From an uncultured Kineothrix sp. (lineage in GTDB: Bacteria; Bacillota; Clostridia; Lachnospirales; Lachnospiraceae), in NCBI GenBank assembly GCA_964519385.1, contig CAZFLR010000007.1:16045-80044 (forward strand): DNA of 64,000 nt, given 5' to 3'. Of this stretch, positions 45,850 through 53,263 are shown in pieces. The notes beneath the pieces were generated by a model that saw nothing but the letters and a program-made list of their open reading frames with translations, had not been told where the DNA came from and did no database searches. A program made the translations under genes and the position numbers. Within the stretch, counting starts at the first letter, position 1. Each line of letters opens with the position of its first letter.

Positions 45850-48332
45850 TCTGTCACCCCTTTAATCTCATCCCATACAGTCTTACCGACATTTATCTCC
45901 CCTCGCGTCTCTTCCTCTGAAAATCCCGGGTCTAATACCTTACAAAAACGACGCAGGTCAAACAGATTACTTTCTACGCCTCTGTGCTCCCTAAGCTCAG
46001 CCCGGATATTCTTCTCATATCGATTCAAATAAAGCTCCAGTTCCTTCTCTTCCGGCTGATTATCGTATATTCGTTCCGCACCCGATTCGTCTCTGATAAG
46101 AACCTTTCCGTCGGTCATCTGGCATATCCTTCTCTTATTCTCCAATACCCTGTAACAGGTATACTGTTCGTCCAAAATCTGCATCTCTTTTTCTGAATCT
46201 TTTGAGAGTATCATCGTTTTGGACTTATATGTACCCGGAAATACAATCTCTCTTCCTGTGTCCACAACTCCCAAAAAGAGTCCGCCCGGAGCTGTTGCTC
46301 CCTTGGGCAAATCAATCTCCAGCACTTCTTTTTTTCCGTCCCAGCGCACAATAGAGGTATTATCTCTCGGAGAAAGCCAAAAATATCTGCCGTCCCATGT
46401 CATTCCCGAATAACAGTTCTTCGCCTTTCCGATTTCAATCCACTCAAAATTTCCTGTCTTCAAATCAAATTTTAAAACATGATTTCCCATACAGGATGCC
46501 AAATATACTATTTGACCGCATCGTGCATAATCATTTCTGAAAAAAGCATTCTGATTTTTCGCCTCGGAATCCGGTATGTTTTCAAATATCTCATCATAAT
46601 AAGTGACATTGCCATTCTCTAAATCAACCTTCAGAATAGAAGGGTAACAGGTTCCGATTAAATACAGCTTCTCTTCGTAAAAAAGAGTTTGGAAAAATTT
46701 TAATTGCACATTCTTGTCTTGTACATGAATTTCTTTCCACTGCTTCGTATCACAATTGAATATAAGTATCTTCTTTGCGGCAAGAGGTGTAAAAACAAGG
46801 AAATTCTTCCATATATCAATTTTGGAAGCCAGTCGGTCCTCCATGATTTTTTCATCCGGTATGTTTCCCAGTATCTTTGTCTTACCGCTTTCCGTATCCA
46901 GTTCACAAATCATATTGATATCGCGTGCCACGAAAATCAATTTACCGTCTTTTTCACAAAAGTCTTCAAATATCACGGCATTTTCTTCCGCACATCTGAA
47001 GCTCTGCAACAGCATTGGTTTTCCTGCCTCTTCGCAGAGCTTTACCACGCTGCTTCCGTCCCCATAATATCCGTCACAAACTGCTATCGCCCTGTCCAGT
47101 TCCGGCGAATCATCATAAATCCCGAATCTGCGGGCTTTATACTCTTCCACCAGCTTACTGTATTTTTCCCACAGGTCCGGTTTCATAGACTCAATCGTTG
47201 CCTTCATCAGCGGGTGCGGTCGCCATAAAAGCACTACTTCCTCACTGTTTTCGGCAAAAAAAGTAAAAACGGATTTCATTTTTTCAATCATATCTTCACT
47301 ATGCTGTAAAAAAGCACTCACGCTTGTATTGTAAAAAACAACCTTTTTCCTTTTTTCACCCGGTCGCTCTATCAGCTCAAGCCACTCTTTAGGCAATCTG
47401 ATGTTCTCTTTTTTTATATTGCGCACCTTGTCCACTTTCGGTGAACCGGTGCCAAGAATTTTATTCTCCCAATACTTCCGCGTCTTTTCTCCTGCCCACT
47501 GCGTCATGACATCGACATAAATCTGTCGCATTGCCTCCGACTGTACCACTACTCTGTCCGCATGCAAAACTCCGGGCACCATTATAAAGTGTTCCATATA
47601 TTTTACACTCACCTTATCCTGCGGATTTATTTCATTCAGTACAAAGTAAGGAACATAGACCAGACAATCCGTGTATTCCTTTATCCGCTTAGAATAAAAT
47701 GCCGGATGGATGGTTGTCACATAGTTCGCCTCATCATAGGGATTATGGATAAAAATTACATCCGGACGTCTTTCTTCTAGGCGATATGCATCATAGTGTG
47801 TAATCGGAACATATTCGGGGAATAACTCTCCCTCATAATGCATTTCCTTTACCGAGCCGTCCGGCTTCTTATCAAAGTACGGTATCGGAACCACATATGC
47901 GTCGCACGACGGATCTGCATCCGCTGCAAGCCAGATGCTTTCAAGCGAATCCCACATAGAGGCCTTATACGGCAGAAAAAGAACTTCTTTTTTTTCTTTT
48001 ATATCTTCGCTGATACTATTTCGTATACGCTCTAAAATTACGGACAGAGTTTCCCGAACCTCAGCTCTGGAAATGAACTCCTTCTTTGTAAGCGATACAT
48101 GAATTTGATAAATAGCTTCACAATATTCTTCCAGCATTGCAACGGTGACAAACCCCTGACCTTCCGAATCCTCTATCACCGTCCCGATTATAATCGCGCT
48201 CTCCTGGCACTGCTGTAAAAGAAGCATTGCATCCTGTACTCTGCATTCCTCTATCACCCCTGCCAAAAGTTCATGCGCTTTTTCAATTGTTTCAACACTT
48301 TTTATAATCTGTTCTTTTTGCTGTTTTCTCAT
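45846..48332 (-). CDS. TagB/TagF-like CDP-alditol phosphotransferase domain fused to a C-terminal beta-propeller-like repeat region
   Basis: 828 aa. KKVVFYNTSVSAF, VLLWRPHPL and AVCDGYYGDGSSVV parallel the TagF-family blocks (ILYAPT.R, .HP., .D.liTDYSS). The last ~350 aa carry repeated beta-strand blades (..LIFVARD.., ..FLVFTPL.., ..LYLIGTC.., ..IVYLASC.., ..YFWLSPR..). Confidence 0.6.
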   Translation of the reverse strand: MRKQQKEQIIKSVETIEKAHELLAGVIEECRVQDAMLLLQQCQESAIIIGTVIEDSEGQGFVTVAMLEEYCEAIYQIHVSLTKKEFISRAEVRETLSVILERIRNSISEDIKEKKEVLFLPYKASMWDSLESIWLAADADPSCDAYVVPIPYFDKKPDGSVKEMHYEGELFPEYVPITHYDAYRLEERRPDVIFIHNPYDEANYVTTIHPAFYSKRIKEYTDCLVYVPYFVLNEINPQDKVSVKYMEHFIMVPGVLHADRVVVQSEAMRQIYVDVMTQWAGEKTRKYWENKILGTGSPKVDKVRNIKKENIRLPKEWLELIERPGEKRKKVVFYNTSVSAFLQHSEDMIEKMKSVFTFFAENSEEVVLLWRPHPLMKATIESMKPDLWEKYSKLVEEYKARRFGIYDDSPELDRAIAVCDGYYGDGSSVVKLCEEAGKPMLLQSFRCAEENAVIFEDFCEKDGKLIFVARDINMICELDTESGKTKILGNIPDEKIMEDRLASKIDIWKNFLVFTPLAAKKILIFNCDTKQWKEIHVQDKNVQLKFFQTLFYEEKLYLIGTCYPSILKVDLENGNVTYYDEIFENIPDSEAKNQNAFFRNDYARCGQIVYLASCMGNHVLKFDLKTGNFEWIEIGKAKNCYSGMTWDGRYFWLSPRDNTSIVRWDGKKEVLEIDLPKGATAPGGLFLGVVDTGREIVFPGTYKSKTMILSKDSEKEMQILDEQYTCYRVLENKRRICQMTDGKVLIRDESGAERIYDNQPEEKELELYLNRYEKNIRAELREHRGVESNLFDLRRFCKVLDPGFSEEETRGEINVGKTVWDEIKGVTE

Positions 48333-48344
48333 TTCATCCCACTT

Positions 48345-49214
48345 TTATAATCTTGAAAAATCACAGGTATCCGGATTATAACGCAGCCTTATATTTTCAT
48401 TCAGACTGCTGATCCGGGCTATTTCTTTTGGTGTCATTTCAAAATTTTCCACATCAAATATATCATCAAAATGTTCCTTATTCAGCGTTCTTGGTATCGC
48501 TGTTCTTCCCAACTGATAATGCCATCTTAAAATAATCTGAACCGCTGATTTTTGATACTTTTGCGAAAGTTCGTAAATCGGTCTTGATTTAATCAGAACA
48601 TCATGCATTCTTCCGATTGGTGAGTATGCAATCGGCTGAATGTCATTTGCGTAGCAGTAATTTATCAGAGCCTCCTGCGTAAACAGCGGATGAATTTCAA
48701 ACTGGTTTACCGCCGGTACAACCGTTGCTTCCTGCATAAGCTCCTCTAGATGATGCTTATGAAAATTGCAGACTCCTATCGAGCGTATCAAACCTTCCTC
48801 GTACAATTTCTCCATCTCTTTGTAGGTTTGTACAAAAGTTCCGGTCTGCGGCCAGTGAATCAGATAAAAATCAACATAATCCACCCCCAGCGCGGAAAGC
48901 GTCTTTTCCAGTGCCAGTCTTACATTTCCTTCCCACTGCTGCTTATTGCTGATTTTAGACATTAATAAGATGTCCTTTCGCTCAATGCCCGAATCCTTCA
49001 CTGCCTTACCCAGCATCTCCTCATTATGACCGTATGCCCCTGAGGTATCAAACAATTTACATTTCCCCGACATCAGTGCATGGCAGTATATATGATATTG
49101 TCTGTCCATCAATTCCGCGACGGATGCATCTTCTTTTTTCCCCCATATTCCGGTAGCTCCAAGACCCAGTCTCGGCAGACATTTCCCATTGTTTAATATA
49201 ATCTGGTCTTTCAT
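48345..49214 (-). CDS. Aldo/keto reductase family oxidoreductase
   Basis: 289 aa. LFDTSGAYGHNEE, VDYVDFYLIHWP, IGVCNF, NQFEIHP. Confidence 0.85.
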   Translation of the reverse strand: MKDQIILNNGKCLPRLGLGATGIWGKKEDASVAELMDRQYHIYCHALMSGKCKLFDTSGAYGHNEEMLGKAVKDSGIERKDILLMSKISNKQQWEGNVRLALEKTLSALGVDYVDFYLIHWPQTGTFVQTYKEMEKLYEEGLIRSIGVCNFHKHHLEELMQEATVVPAVNQFEIHPLFTQEALINYCYANDIQPIAYSPIGRMHDVLIKSRPIYELSQKYQKSAVQIILRWHYQLGRTAIPRTLNKEHFDDIFDVENFEMTPKEIARISSLNENIRLRYNPDTCDFSRL

Positions 49215-49239
49215 ATCTCACCCGTTTTATCTGCTAATG

Positions 49240-49271
49240 AAAAGGAACTACGCCCAAACGGGCGCAGTTCC
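49240..49271 (-). terminator. Rho-independent terminator after the 338-aa secreted-protein gene
   Basis: Minus strand GGAACTGCGCCC-gttt-GGGCGTAGTTCC (12 bp, one A.C mismatch) followed by TTTTC. Only about 25 nt separate it from the AKR start codon, so partial read-through would feed the downstream operon. Confidence 0.7.
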
Positions 49272-49299
49272 GGCTGTTAAAACTTATTATTTCTCAGTA

Positions 49300-50316
49300 T
49301 TAATTTGCAATTGTTAATGTAAATGTAGCAGTTGTATTTACTTTATCAGCAAAAGTTACCTTTACTGTTCTTGTCTGTCCGACTGCAAGATCCTTTACAG
49401 ATGCTGTTGCAGGAATCTTTACAGAAGAACCGCTTAAAGTATAATCAGATGTTGCCCATGCATAGGCTTTTCCGCTCACGATTGTTGCAATGGATTTAAT
49501 TCCTGTTGCTCCGAGGTCACCACCGCCAAGATCAACCGGGATTGTAGCACCGCTTGCTTTAGAGAATGTAACTGCTGTAGTTCCAAGAGAAGGAGCTGCA
49601 TTATCTTTGTGCTCTTTGATTTCCCATGTAACTTCTACTGATGGTGCAACGCTCTCTAATTCAGACCAGTCACCTGCTGAATTGCAGGCACCTGTAAGAT
49701 TGAAAGAGTAGTCTTCAAAATCCATGTCATTTGCAGAAACTGATAATTCATATTTATATCCATCCTGCTCTGACCATGAGTATTCATAAGCACCTTCAGG
49801 AGCTTTTGCAATTTTTGATTTCAGTGAAGCACCATCGGCTGTGATAGCTACTTCGTTATCGCCGTCAACGAGTGCAAGATATACGCTTGCATTTTTGTCA
49901 TCTGCGAATGTCTTGTCATCTGTCAATGTAATGCCATCTGCACCTGTAATAGTAGCTGAAACAGCAACATCTACATCAAATGTACTCTTATTTACAACTG
50001 TGAGGTCATCACTCTTTGAGCTGTATGTAGCATTGCCTGAAACTCCGTTTGCAAAGAATAATGTTGCGCCGTCTTCAAAATCAGCACCGTTGTATTTAGC
50101 TGCATCTGTGTTAGCGATAAGCTCTTCCGGGTCGAGGATAAAGTCAAGGTTTGCTACCTGTGCTGCCTCTGTAGGAAGAATTACAGAATATACATCTGTA
50201 TCTACTGTTCCTTCTAACTCACCTTCACCTGTGATTCCTGCCAAAGCCATCACTGATGTGCTGAGTGTTAATACTGTTGCCAATGTAATTGCTATATACT
50301 TTTTGAAATTATTCAT
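49300..50316 (-). CDS. Secreted Thr/Ala/Asp-rich protein of unknown function
   Basis: 338 aa. Signal peptide MNNFKKYIAITLATVLTLSTSVMALA. SD context AAATTCAAGGAGGAA is identical to that of flagellin copy 2. Codon choices (GTA, ACA, GCA, TCT, AGA) resemble the flagellin genes more than the neighbouring enzyme genes. Confidence 0.8.
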   Translation of the reverse strand: MNNFKKYIAITLATVLTLSTSVMALAGITGEGELEGTVDTDVYSVILPTEAAQVANLDFILDPEELIANTDAAKYNGADFEDGATLFFANGVSGNATYSSKSDDLTVVNKSTFDVDVAVSATITGADGITLTDDKTFADDKNASVYLALVDGDNEVAITADGASLKSKIAKAPEGAYEYSWSEQDGYKYELSVSANDMDFEDYSFNLTGACNSAGDWSELESVAPSVEVTWEIKEHKDNAAPSLGTTAVTFSKASGATIPVDLGGGDLGATGIKSIATIVSGKAYAWATSDYTLSGSSVKIPATASVKDLAVGQTRTVKVTFADKVNTTATFTLTIAN

Positions 50317-50344
50317 CGATTATTCCTCCTTGAATTTTTTTCGA

Positions 50345-50881
50345 CTAATTATTAATCACAATTGTGATGCCAACTCTTACCGTACTAATGCTTTTCCCTT
50401 CATCATCCAGAAGATGGTATGTAACCACCGCGTCATATGTTCCTGCATCAAGATTCTTGTCAAGAACAATATTTTCAAGGTGAGAACCCACCGGAAGAAT
50501 TGGCGATTCGTAAAGAATCTCCTCCGTATCGGATTTGGTGACATCAAAGTAAACGGAATTGGTGTTCGTTTCAATGTTCTCAACATAAGCATTTGAGGAT
50601 GCGGATTTACCGTCCTCAAATTTCCACGTAGGATTCATCGTTACCTGATAAGAACCGGACGGAACCTTCTGCTGCTCTGAAAGCTGTGCAACGAGCTCGT
50701 CCACATTTTCTTCTGTTACGACAACATTTCTCTTCTCTTTTCCGTCTTCTTTCCCCATTAACAAGAAGATAACGACTCCAAGCAAAATAAGAATCAAGAG
50801 AATACACACTACGAGAACTATTTTTCCTCCTTTCCCTTTTTTCACATCCTTCACTTTTTCATTTTCTGTTTCCTTTGACAT
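50345..50881 (-). CDS. Single-pass membrane-anchored protein of unknown function
   Basis: 178 aa. A charged N-terminus, then KIVLVVCILLILILLGVVIFLLM, then a beta-rich ectodomain of about 130 aa. Confidence 0.75.
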   Translation of the reverse strand: MSKETENEKVKDVKKGKGGKIVLVVCILLILILLGVVIFLLMGKEDGKEKRNVVVTEENVDELVAQLSEQQKVPSGSYQVTMNPTWKFEDGKSASSNAYVENIETNTNSVYFDVTKSDTEEILYESPILPVGSHLENIVLDKNLDAGTYDAVVTYHLLDDEGKSISTVRVGITIVINN

Positions 50882-50960
50882 TCATTGTCCCTCCTCAACA
50901 GTCAATATATTTAATTTGCTCCAGTGCAAAATAAATACCATCCGTCACTATTATACTATA

Positions 50961-50987
50961 ATATCGGCATTTATTCCAATAACTTAA
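50961..50987 (-). promoter_or_regulatory. Sigma-28/SigD-type promoter (perfect -10) upstream of the two unknown envelope-protein genes
   Basis: Minus strand TTAAG-N15-CCGATAT with the full 8-mer GCCGATAT, the same geometry as the flagellin promoters, about 80 nt upstream of the ATG at 50881. An overlapping SigA-like reading (TTGGAA-N18-TATAAT) is also possible. Confidence 0.6.
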
Positions 50988-51038
50988 GACCTTTTTTGCA
51001 TTTTTTTCATGTTGTGAAAGATGGCTGTACTCCTCTCA

Positions 51039-51761
51039 TCAGACCACCTTCTTCAACTGACATATCTTATCCTTACAATTCGCACATTGAAGATTTTTAT
51101 TTGAGCCATAGAAGAAACGTTCCGGATGACGGGCATAAATCACTTCCCATTTGATGAGCACGATACACGACGTAAAAAACAGACTCCAACTGTAAAAATT
51201 GCGGATGAAGAGCATCGGCGTAAACATCATAAAATGTCCCCAGTCATAAATTCTGCAATTGACACAGCACCTGTTTTTCATAATAAAACTCTGGAACGGG
51301 CAGAAAAATAAAATGCATATGTAATCGCTTAAAAAATAAAAAACGGAGAGCATCAGCAGGTCGGCCTCATCCATGATTCCGTTCAGATACAGAATGCCGA
51401 AAATCGCATTGAATACAAGCCATATCAGCATCACAATCCAGCCTCTGGCATTTTGGTCCTTGACAAATTCCAGCAATTCTCCGGGCGGATAATCCGTCAC
51501 CTCATCATACTTCTTTTTTTCTGCCTTGCGAAATGCCATGGAGAGCGTTTCGGTCGGGAAAATGTGTCGTATCATCATTACCATAAAGATAAACCACAGC
51601 ACATGAATGGGCGTGATTCCCATCATAACCGGCTGTGTCATCAGGTCGTACATCAGTGGCTTATCCACAAGATACAGCGTGAAAACGCCGACAAAGATTA
51701 CAACGCGGATTGCAAATTTTAAGAGATAACGGCGAAGTGTTTTCGTCTTTTTAATACATGC
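51039..51761 (-). CDS. Polytopic membrane protein with Cys-rich motifs, function unknown
   Basis: About 240 aa from MACIKKTK. Several hydrophobic helices, plus CCVNCRIYDWGHF and CANCKDKIC. The track's upstream start (51806) sits in the loop of the terminator hairpin and is rejected. Confidence 0.7.
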   Translation of the reverse strand, partial: ACIKKTKTLRRYLLKFAIRVVIFVGVFTLYLVDKPLMYDLMTQPVMMGITPIHVLWFIFMVMMIRHIFPTETLSMAFRKAEKKKYDEVTDYPPGELLEFVKDQNARGWIVMLIWLVFNAIFGILYLNGIMDEADLLMLSVFYFLSDYICILFFCPFQSFIMKNRCCVNCRIYDWGHFMMFTPMLFIRNFYSWSLFFTSCIVLIKWEVIYARHPERFFYGSNKNLQCANCKDKICQLKKVV

Positions 51762-51781
51762 CATATCATTCCTGTCCTTCC

Positions 51782-51815
51782 AAAAACCCTCTGCATGAAA
51801 ACTCATACAGAGGGT
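51782..51815 (-). terminator. Rho-independent terminator after the radical SAM gene
   Basis: Minus strand ACCCTCTG-(14-nt loop)-CAGAGGGT followed by TTTTT. Confidence 0.6.
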
Positions 51816-51836
51816 AGTTATTTTTGCCTGCAGTCA

Positions 51837-52901
51837 TCAGACAATCTTATAGCAGTCGCCCATCAGCTTCATGTCACATTCCCCGACACATTTAATTTTA
51901 TCCTTTGCGAACAAATGCTGATAACGAAACTTCTTGTACGGCTCGCCCTCCCAGATTTCCTTAAGGCTCTGGGTGTTGGTGTCTCCGAATACGATTTCAT
52001 TGTTGAAATCTTCCATACACATAGTCGCTTCGCCATTTGACTTAATTGTCATCGTCATCCACGGATGCTTGCAGATTTCTGACCAGTGGATGGAATTCGT
52101 GCCATGGAAATCTTTACGATACCACTGACAGTCCTCACTCTTAAGATAGATATAAACATCAAGATCCTTAAATGCATCCAGAAGCTTGTCAAAATCTTCC
52201 TTCTGATGCGTTCTGTTCAGGTCAAGCATTGTAATGACAATCGTTGTTTTAAGACCATTCTCTTCCTTGTACTTGAGAACCTGCTTGATTTTTTCATAGC
52301 TCTCCGTAAAGTTGGAAGCCTGTCCGCGAACCTGCTTGTGCAGCTCATCATCCACGCTTTCAATGGAGTATTTAATATAATCCAGTCCGTTGTCAAGCAT
52401 CTCATAGGTTCTTTCCAGATTGATGTTTGCCGGATTGCAACTAAAGTAGGAATAAAAGCCTTTTTCATGAAGAATCTTCACATACTCTCCCATGTGTACA
52501 TCGAGAAGCGGATCGCCGTAGCCGTGAAGCTGGATTACCTTCGGAATAATATAAAGGAAGAAGTGGTTTTCGCTCATCTCATCCTCGTAAATTCCGTAGG
52601 TCTTCTCACAGAATGCCTTCCATTTGGCCCATTCCTCATCTGTGTGCGGACGAATCTGATCCACAACATTTAAAAATGTCTCGCGGTCAATATCCTCATT
52701 GCAGCGTGTCATCATTGTCGTTCTCGGACACATTTTGCAGCGCATATTGCATCGATTGGTTGTCTCAATATTGTAAACAACCGGTTCGCTGCTCCGGATT
52801 TCCTCAAGCTTGGCAAACATCTCATCTGCCGTGTATTCTTTATCCTGATCAAGCTGCCCGATCAGTTCGTGAAATCTCATATAAAATCCAATATCTAACA
52901 T
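51837..52901 (-). CDS. Radical SAM enzyme with a C-terminal SPASM/twitch-like Cys cluster
   Basis: 354 aa. TTNRCNMRCKMCPR (CxxxCxxC) and C-terminal CKHPW...CMEDF...CVGECD cysteines. Confidence 0.8.
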   Translation of the reverse strand: MLDIGFYMRFHELIGQLDQDKEYTADEMFAKLEEIRSSEPVVYNIETTNRCNMRCKMCPRTTMMTRCNEDIDRETFLNVVDQIRPHTDEEWAKWKAFCEKTYGIYEDEMSENHFFLYIIPKVIQLHGYGDPLLDVHMGEYVKILHEKGFYSYFSCNPANINLERTYEMLDNGLDYIKYSIESVDDELHKQVRGQASNFTESYEKIKQVLKYKEENGLKTTIVITMLDLNRTHQKEDFDKLLDAFKDLDVYIYLKSEDCQWYRKDFHGTNSIHWSEICKHPWMTMTIKSNGEATMCMEDFNNEIVFGDTNTQSLKEIWEGEPYKKFRYQHLFAKDKIKCVGECDMKLMGDCYKIV

Positions 52902-52937
52902 GCCTGTTCTCCTTTTTATAAATATACATTTCTATAT

Positions 52938-52946
52938 ATTATAGCA
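52938..52946 (-). promoter_or_regulatory. Extended -10 element (TGCTATAAT) upstream of the radical SAM gene
   Basis: Minus strand ATGCTATAATAT, about 40 nt upstream of the ATG. No clear -35. Confidence 0.4.
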
Positions 52947-52993
52947 TAACATTTCAGAAAAGAAATATCCATATTTTCTTTTCATAACAAACA

Positions 52994-53025
52994 GGAGCCT
53001 GCACGCACTTGAACGCACAGGCTCC
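52994..53025 (-). terminator. Rho-independent terminator of the feo operon
   Basis: Minus strand GGAGCCTGTGCG-ttcaag-TGCGTGCAGGCTCC followed by TGTTTGTT. Confidence 0.7.
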
Positions 53026-53063
53026 CATTTTATCCATTTGTCCCCTATTTGAGTAATTCCGGG

Positions 53064-53243
53064 CTATTCTTTTTCCGAAGGATGACATTCACAGCATATT
53101 CCTCCGCACTTTTCCGAGCATGTTCCGCCCGCCGGACATCCGATACATTTTACCCCGGCTTTTTTGGCTTTTATCATATATGTAACAGAGGTACCGATAA
53201 TCAATACAAGTATTCCGATAACAATCAGATTTGTCATATCCAT
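53064..53243 (-). CDS. FeoB-associated Cys-rich small membrane protein
   Basis: A 59-aa ORF below the track's size cut-off, read by hand: MDMTNLIVIGILVLIIGTSVTYMIKAKKAGVKCIGCPAGGTCSEKCGGICCECHPSEKE. One TM helix plus a Cys-rich tail, 20 nt downstream of feoB. Confidence 0.75.
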   Translation of the reverse strand: MDMTNLIVIGILVLIIGTSVTYMIKAKKAGVKCIGCPAGGTCSEKCGGICCECHPSEKE

Positions 53244-53263
53244 GCTCCTTTTGCTAAAAACTT

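Noticed and set aside
31316-49214. Straightforward annotation as a wall teichoic acid or capsule locus
   Set aside because: Not adopted as the primary reading, because no TagO/TagA, TagGH, Wzx/Wzy, LCP ligase or any membrane protein is encoded, and because the block is continuous with SigD-driven flagellar genes. It cannot be excluded, since such genes may lie elsewhere.
51762-51806. Upstream start (MSFHAEGFWKDRND) for the Cys-rich membrane protein
   Set aside because: That ATG lies in the loop of the terminator hairpin ACCCTCTG...CAGAGGGT and has no RBS. The downstream ATG has one.
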